A stretch of DNA of 64,000 nucleotides. Source: Nitrospirota bacterium. Its GTDB lineage: Bacteria > Nitrospirota > UBA9217. The stretch is taken from NCBI GenBank assembly GCA_963749655.1, contig CAVVOB010000028.1, forward strand, positions 160,001 to 224,000, given 5' to 3'. Below are positions 61,022 to 64,000 of this stretch, in pieces. The position numbers and the translations under genes were made by a program. Within the stretch, counting starts at the first letter, position 1. Every line of letters starts with the position of its first letter. The notes under the pieces are model-generated. The model did no database searches and was not told where the DNA came from. It was given only the letters and a program-made list of their open reading frames with translations.

Positions 61022-62092
61022 TTAGAAATGCTCCCGCTTAATGACCAAGCGCCCTTCCCCGATGGTGCCCCCGCCCACGACCGTGTCGCCGCTGTAAAAC
61101 ACCGCTGCCTGGCCCGGACAGACGCCGGGAACGGGCTTGGCAAAGGCTACACGAACCCTGTCCGTTCCACGCTGCTCGATGACGGCAGGCACGAAGGGCG
61201 ACCGGTAACGGATCTTGACAGTAACATTCATTCGTTCGGGCAGTTCATTGGCGGCTCCGAAGCTCAGGTCCGATACGGTCATCTCTGCCGTTTCGAGCTC
61301 GCGCAGTTTCCCCAGCACGACCCTGTTCGTGTCCGGCTCAACCCGTACGACATAAAGCCGCTCGCCTGCGGCCACGCCGAGCTTTCTTCTCTGTCCGACC
61401 GTAAAAAAAGCGATGCCGTCGTGTCTGCCGACGATAGTTCCGTCGGTCATCACCATCTCGCCGGGCCGAAGGATTTCCGGGGCCTGTTCTTTCAGGAAGG
61501 AGCGATAGTCATTGTCCGGAACAAAGCAAATCTCCTGGCTTTCTGGCCGTTCAGCCGTCGGAAGAGCAAGCTTGCGCGCGAGCTCTCGGACAGCGGTCTT
61601 CTGCATTCCCCCGAGGGGAAGCAGGACACGCTCCATCTGCTCCTGTGTCAGACGGTACAAAAAGTAGCTCTGGTCCTTGCCCGCGTCGAGACCTTTCTTT
61701 AAAAGAAAACGGGATGTGGCCTCATCACGGTCTATGCGGGCATAATGGCCGGTAGCGAGAAAGTCAAAACCCTGTGCGCGGGCATAATCCAGGAGCAGAT
61801 GAAACTTGATGAGGTCATTGCAGCGGATGCAGGGATTGGGCGTTCGGCCGCTCCGGTACTCGGCAACGAAGTTGTTGACGATCTGCTGTGAGAACTCAGC
61901 CTGCAGGTCGAGGAGGTGATGAGGGATGGAGAGATGATGACAGACAGCCTGCGCAGAGCCGATGTCGCAGCAGACACCCGCCGTTAGCTTCATGGTAATG
62001 CCTTCGACATCATACCCCTGTTGACGGAGCAGTGCGGCAGTGACGGAGCTGTCCACCCCGCCGCTCATGGCTGCGAGAACGCGTTTAGTCAT
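61022..62092 (-). CDS. mnmA: tRNA 2-thiouridylase
   Basis: SGGVDS, PNPCIRCN, ATGHY, KDQSYFL, SQEICF, GQRR, PGQ. Confidence 0.95.
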   Translation of the reverse strand: MTKRVLAAMSGGVDSSVTAALLRQQGYDVEGITMKLTAGVCCDIGSAQAVCHHLSIPHHLLDLQAEFSQQIVNNFVAEYRSGRTPNPCIRCNDLIKFHLLLDYARAQGFDFLATGHYARIDRDEATSRFLLKKGLDAGKDQSYFLYRLTQEQMERVLLPLGGMQKTAVRELARKLALPTAERPESQEICFVPDNDYRSFLKEQAPEILRPGEMVMTDGTIVGRHDGIAFFTVGQRRKLGVAAGERLYVVRVEPDTNRVVLGKLRELETAEMTVSDLSFGAANELPERMNVTVKIRYRSPFVPAVIEQRGTDRVRVAFAKPVPGVCPGQAAVFYSGDTVVGGGTIGEGRLVIKREHF

Positions 62093-62137
62093 ATGGAAGT
62101 CGCTGCGCGGCGAGGCGAATAATCCTCAAGAAAATAG

Positions 62138-62312
62138 TCAACCACGAATTTTCACGAATTGACACGAATTATGAAAAATAGATTCTTCGGATTCCCTGGT
62201 CGTTTTTTTATGAATGTGCTGCACCTTGGGATAATCTGAATTTTTGAGAAGCCGTCTCCGTTTTTCAGTCGAATCGGCCTTATTCGTGAAATTCGTGTCG
62301 ATTCGTGGCTGA
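62138..62312. repeat. Miniature element with inverted CACGAATT tandem arms (copy 2)
   Basis: tcaaccacgaattttcacgaattgacacgaatt ... attcgtgaaattcgtgtcgattcgtggctga. Confidence 0.8.
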
Positions 62313-62315
62313 TTC

Positions 62316-63032
62316 TCAAGTCTTTTTCCACTTCAACACAAGCAGCGCGATCGCGCCGATCATGAAAAAGATACTGCCCGCGAGCGCCCAGAGCGCACCA
62401 GGGTCCTTGTTCACCAGGATGAGTGCTGCAGTTCCCTGCTCGAAGCTCAGGCTCTTGAGATAAATGCCGACGCCGTGGTAGAAGAGGGGCCGGTTCGGGC
62501 CCAACGTTCCGCTCTTTACCATCTTGTCGTTCTCATACAGCGAGACCTCCGCGGACCAGTCCCGCATATATCCCGAGGGATCGGTTTTTGCATCGAGGGA
62601 ACGCAAGGAAAGGGTACGGCCCTCCGGCAGGCGCGCAAAGGCGCCCTCGTTCATCATGCCGGACAGCTTGTAGCCCCAGCCGGCACCCAAGAGGTGCGCG
62701 AGCAGGATGAAAAGAAATCCAATATGGATCACCTGCGGCGAAAGGCGACGTAGAACATCGGCACGAGACCATTTCCCGCGTATGGCCAGGATGCTGCAAA
62801 CGATAGTATTGATGGTGAGCAGAACGAGGCCTGCAAGGACCGCGAAGAACCACCACGTCTGCCAGAGGTTCTGCGCTGCCAGGTCCTCGATCCACTGAAA
62901 AAGAAGGACGTCGTTCATTGGCGCGAAGACGGCGCGGTGCACCGGCATCATATAGGAGCCGATGAAGAAGAGGCAGACCAGTCCGAACAGAGTCCAGACC
63001 GTCGTCTTGAGAGAGAGGAAGAAGTTCTTCAT
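62316..63032 (-). CDS. resB: Cytochrome c biogenesis protein ResB-like (short)
   Basis: FLSLK, WWF..INTIVCS, IHIGF, PNRPL, KDPG; next to ccsA. Confidence 0.8.
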   Translation of the reverse strand: MKNFFLSLKTTVWTLFGLVCLFFIGSYMMPVHRAVFAPMNDVLLFQWIEDLAAQNLWQTWWFFAVLAGLVLLTINTIVCSILAIRGKWSRADVLRRLSPQVIHIGFLFILLAHLLGAGWGYKLSGMMNEGAFARLPEGRTLSLRSLDAKTDPSGYMRDWSAEVSLYENDKMVKSGTLGPNRPLFYHGVGIYLKSLSFEQGTAALILVNKDPGALWALAGSIFFMIGAIALLVLKWKKT

Positions 63033-63040
63033 GGCAATCT

Positions 63041-63110
63041 GCAGAGCGCATGGCGCAGAGCGCATGGCGCGGGCTGTATGAAGTGCAACGCTATGCTCTC
63101 TGCCCTATGC
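63041..63110. repeat. Heptamer inverted tandem repeat pair between ccsA and resB
   Basis: gcagagc-gcatggc-gcagagc-gcatggc ... gctatgc-tctctgc-cctatgc. Confidence 0.7.
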
Positions 63111-63123
63111 ATTCTGATTCCTT

Positions 63124-63837
63124 TCAGAACTCATGCGAACTCTTCATCAGAAGCCCGACGCCCGCATACGTGAACAGGACGATCACGAATCCGATAATCC
63201 CCATCCAGATCACTTTCGGCCCGGCCCATCCCCGCACGAGCCGGGCATGCAGATAGAGGCTGTAGAAGAACCACACGATAGTGGTCCAGAGCTCTTTCGG
63301 AGTCCAGAGCCAGTAGGTTCCCCAGGCAAGATTGGCCCAGATCCCGCCGAAGATCATGGCGACGGAGAACAGTACATAGCCCAGGAGAAGGCTTCGGTAC
63401 TGGTTGATTTCTGCGCGCTCTTCATCAGCCCTCAAAGCGAGGATTCCAAAAATTGCGCCGGCCGCAAAGAACGCGTAGGAAAGAAACGAAAGGACGACGT
63501 GAAGCTCGAACCAGATGGTATTGAGCACCGGAGGGAGCGGACCGGGCATGGCTGCCGGCGAAAAAGCGCTTCCGAGCAGAAAAAGAAGGATCAGCGGAAC
63601 ACTGAGATAGGTGAAGAGATCGCGCGCGCGCTTCCATCCCGTGATGATACAGACTGCTCCGACGGCGAGGGCAAGAAAGCCCATCGTTTCCCGCATGCCG
63701 AACAGCGGGATCCTTCCATATCGGAGAGCGGTCTGGGTCACGAGCAGGATGTGAAAGCCGACCGCGGGCAGCATAAAGCGCGGACCGAAGAACGCGAAGC
63801 AATAGAGGATGAAAAGAATAATGTCGATGTACGTCAT
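63124..63837 (-). CDS. ccsA: Cytochrome c biogenesis protein CcsA (system II)
   Basis: WFELHV, WWD motif WANLAWGTYWLWTPKE, YLH. Confidence 0.92.
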   Translation of the reverse strand: MTYIDIILFILYCFAFFGPRFMLPAVGFHILLVTQTALRYGRIPLFGMRETMGFLALAVGAVCIITGWKRARDLFTYLSVPLILLFLLGSAFSPAAMPGPLPPVLNTIWFELHVVLSFLSYAFFAAGAIFGILALRADEERAEINQYRSLLLGYVLFSVAMIFGGIWANLAWGTYWLWTPKELWTTIVWFFYSLYLHARLVRGWAGPKVIWMGIIGFVIVLFTYAGVGLLMKSSHEF

Positions 63838-63863
63838 TGGACAAGCGACCGGTGCGAAGACAC

Positions 63864-63896
63864 AAAAGGCATTCCGGACGACCGGAATGCCTTTTT
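63864..63896 (-). terminator. Intrinsic terminator after HU gene
   Basis: aaaaggcattccgg-acga-ccggaatgcctttt. Confidence 0.8.
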
Positions 63897-63925
63897 ATTT
63901 TTATAATGGAAGCAGCGCTGCAAAA

Positions 63926-64000
63926 TTACTTCTTGCCGAGGATCGCCTCTTTGGCGGCCTTTGCCACGCGGAACTTCACGACTTTCTTGGCGGGAATCTT
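63926..64000 (-). CDS. hup: HU family DNA-binding protein (3' end only)
   Basis: KIPAKKVVKFRVAKAAKEAILGKK*. Confidence 0.85.
   Translation of the reverse strand, partial: KIPAKKVVKFRVAKAAKEAILGKK

Overview
A GC-rich bacterial chromosome segment. Gene content (RomR next to valS, a Pil-Chp-type chemosensory operon, ResB/CcsA cytochrome c maturation, a sigma54 promoter) suggests a Nitrospirota or deltaproteobacteria-like organism, but this is inference only. Many genes, including essential valS, carry single-base frameshifts, most simply explained as long-read assembly indels. Contents in order: a partial radical SAM gene; a sigma54-driven multicopper oxidase, FKBP PPIase and lipoprotein; ade-hpt purine salvage; a four-gene candidate sphingolipid (ceramide) cluster (Aur1-like PAP2, CerR-like reductase, Spt, bCerS-like GNAT); comM; an SH3/inactive NlpC-P60/DUF1460 fusion; tRNA-Leu(GAG); ilvE; a NarL-type two-component pair; a universal stress protein; a ~14 kb block in which a STAND/BTAD regulator and a 62-aa ORF precede five tandem surface lipoproteins, the first split by an IS1182; a ferritin-like gene; aconitase; galT; coaX-birA-nadC-valS; a romR-linked type IV pilus chemosensory operon; icd; prpE; mnmA; resB-ccsA; and a partial HU gene. 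Intergenic spacers repeatedly hold short tandem 7-10 nt repeats, often as inverted arms, and one such array lies in frame inside valS. No CRISPR array or rRNA was seen.
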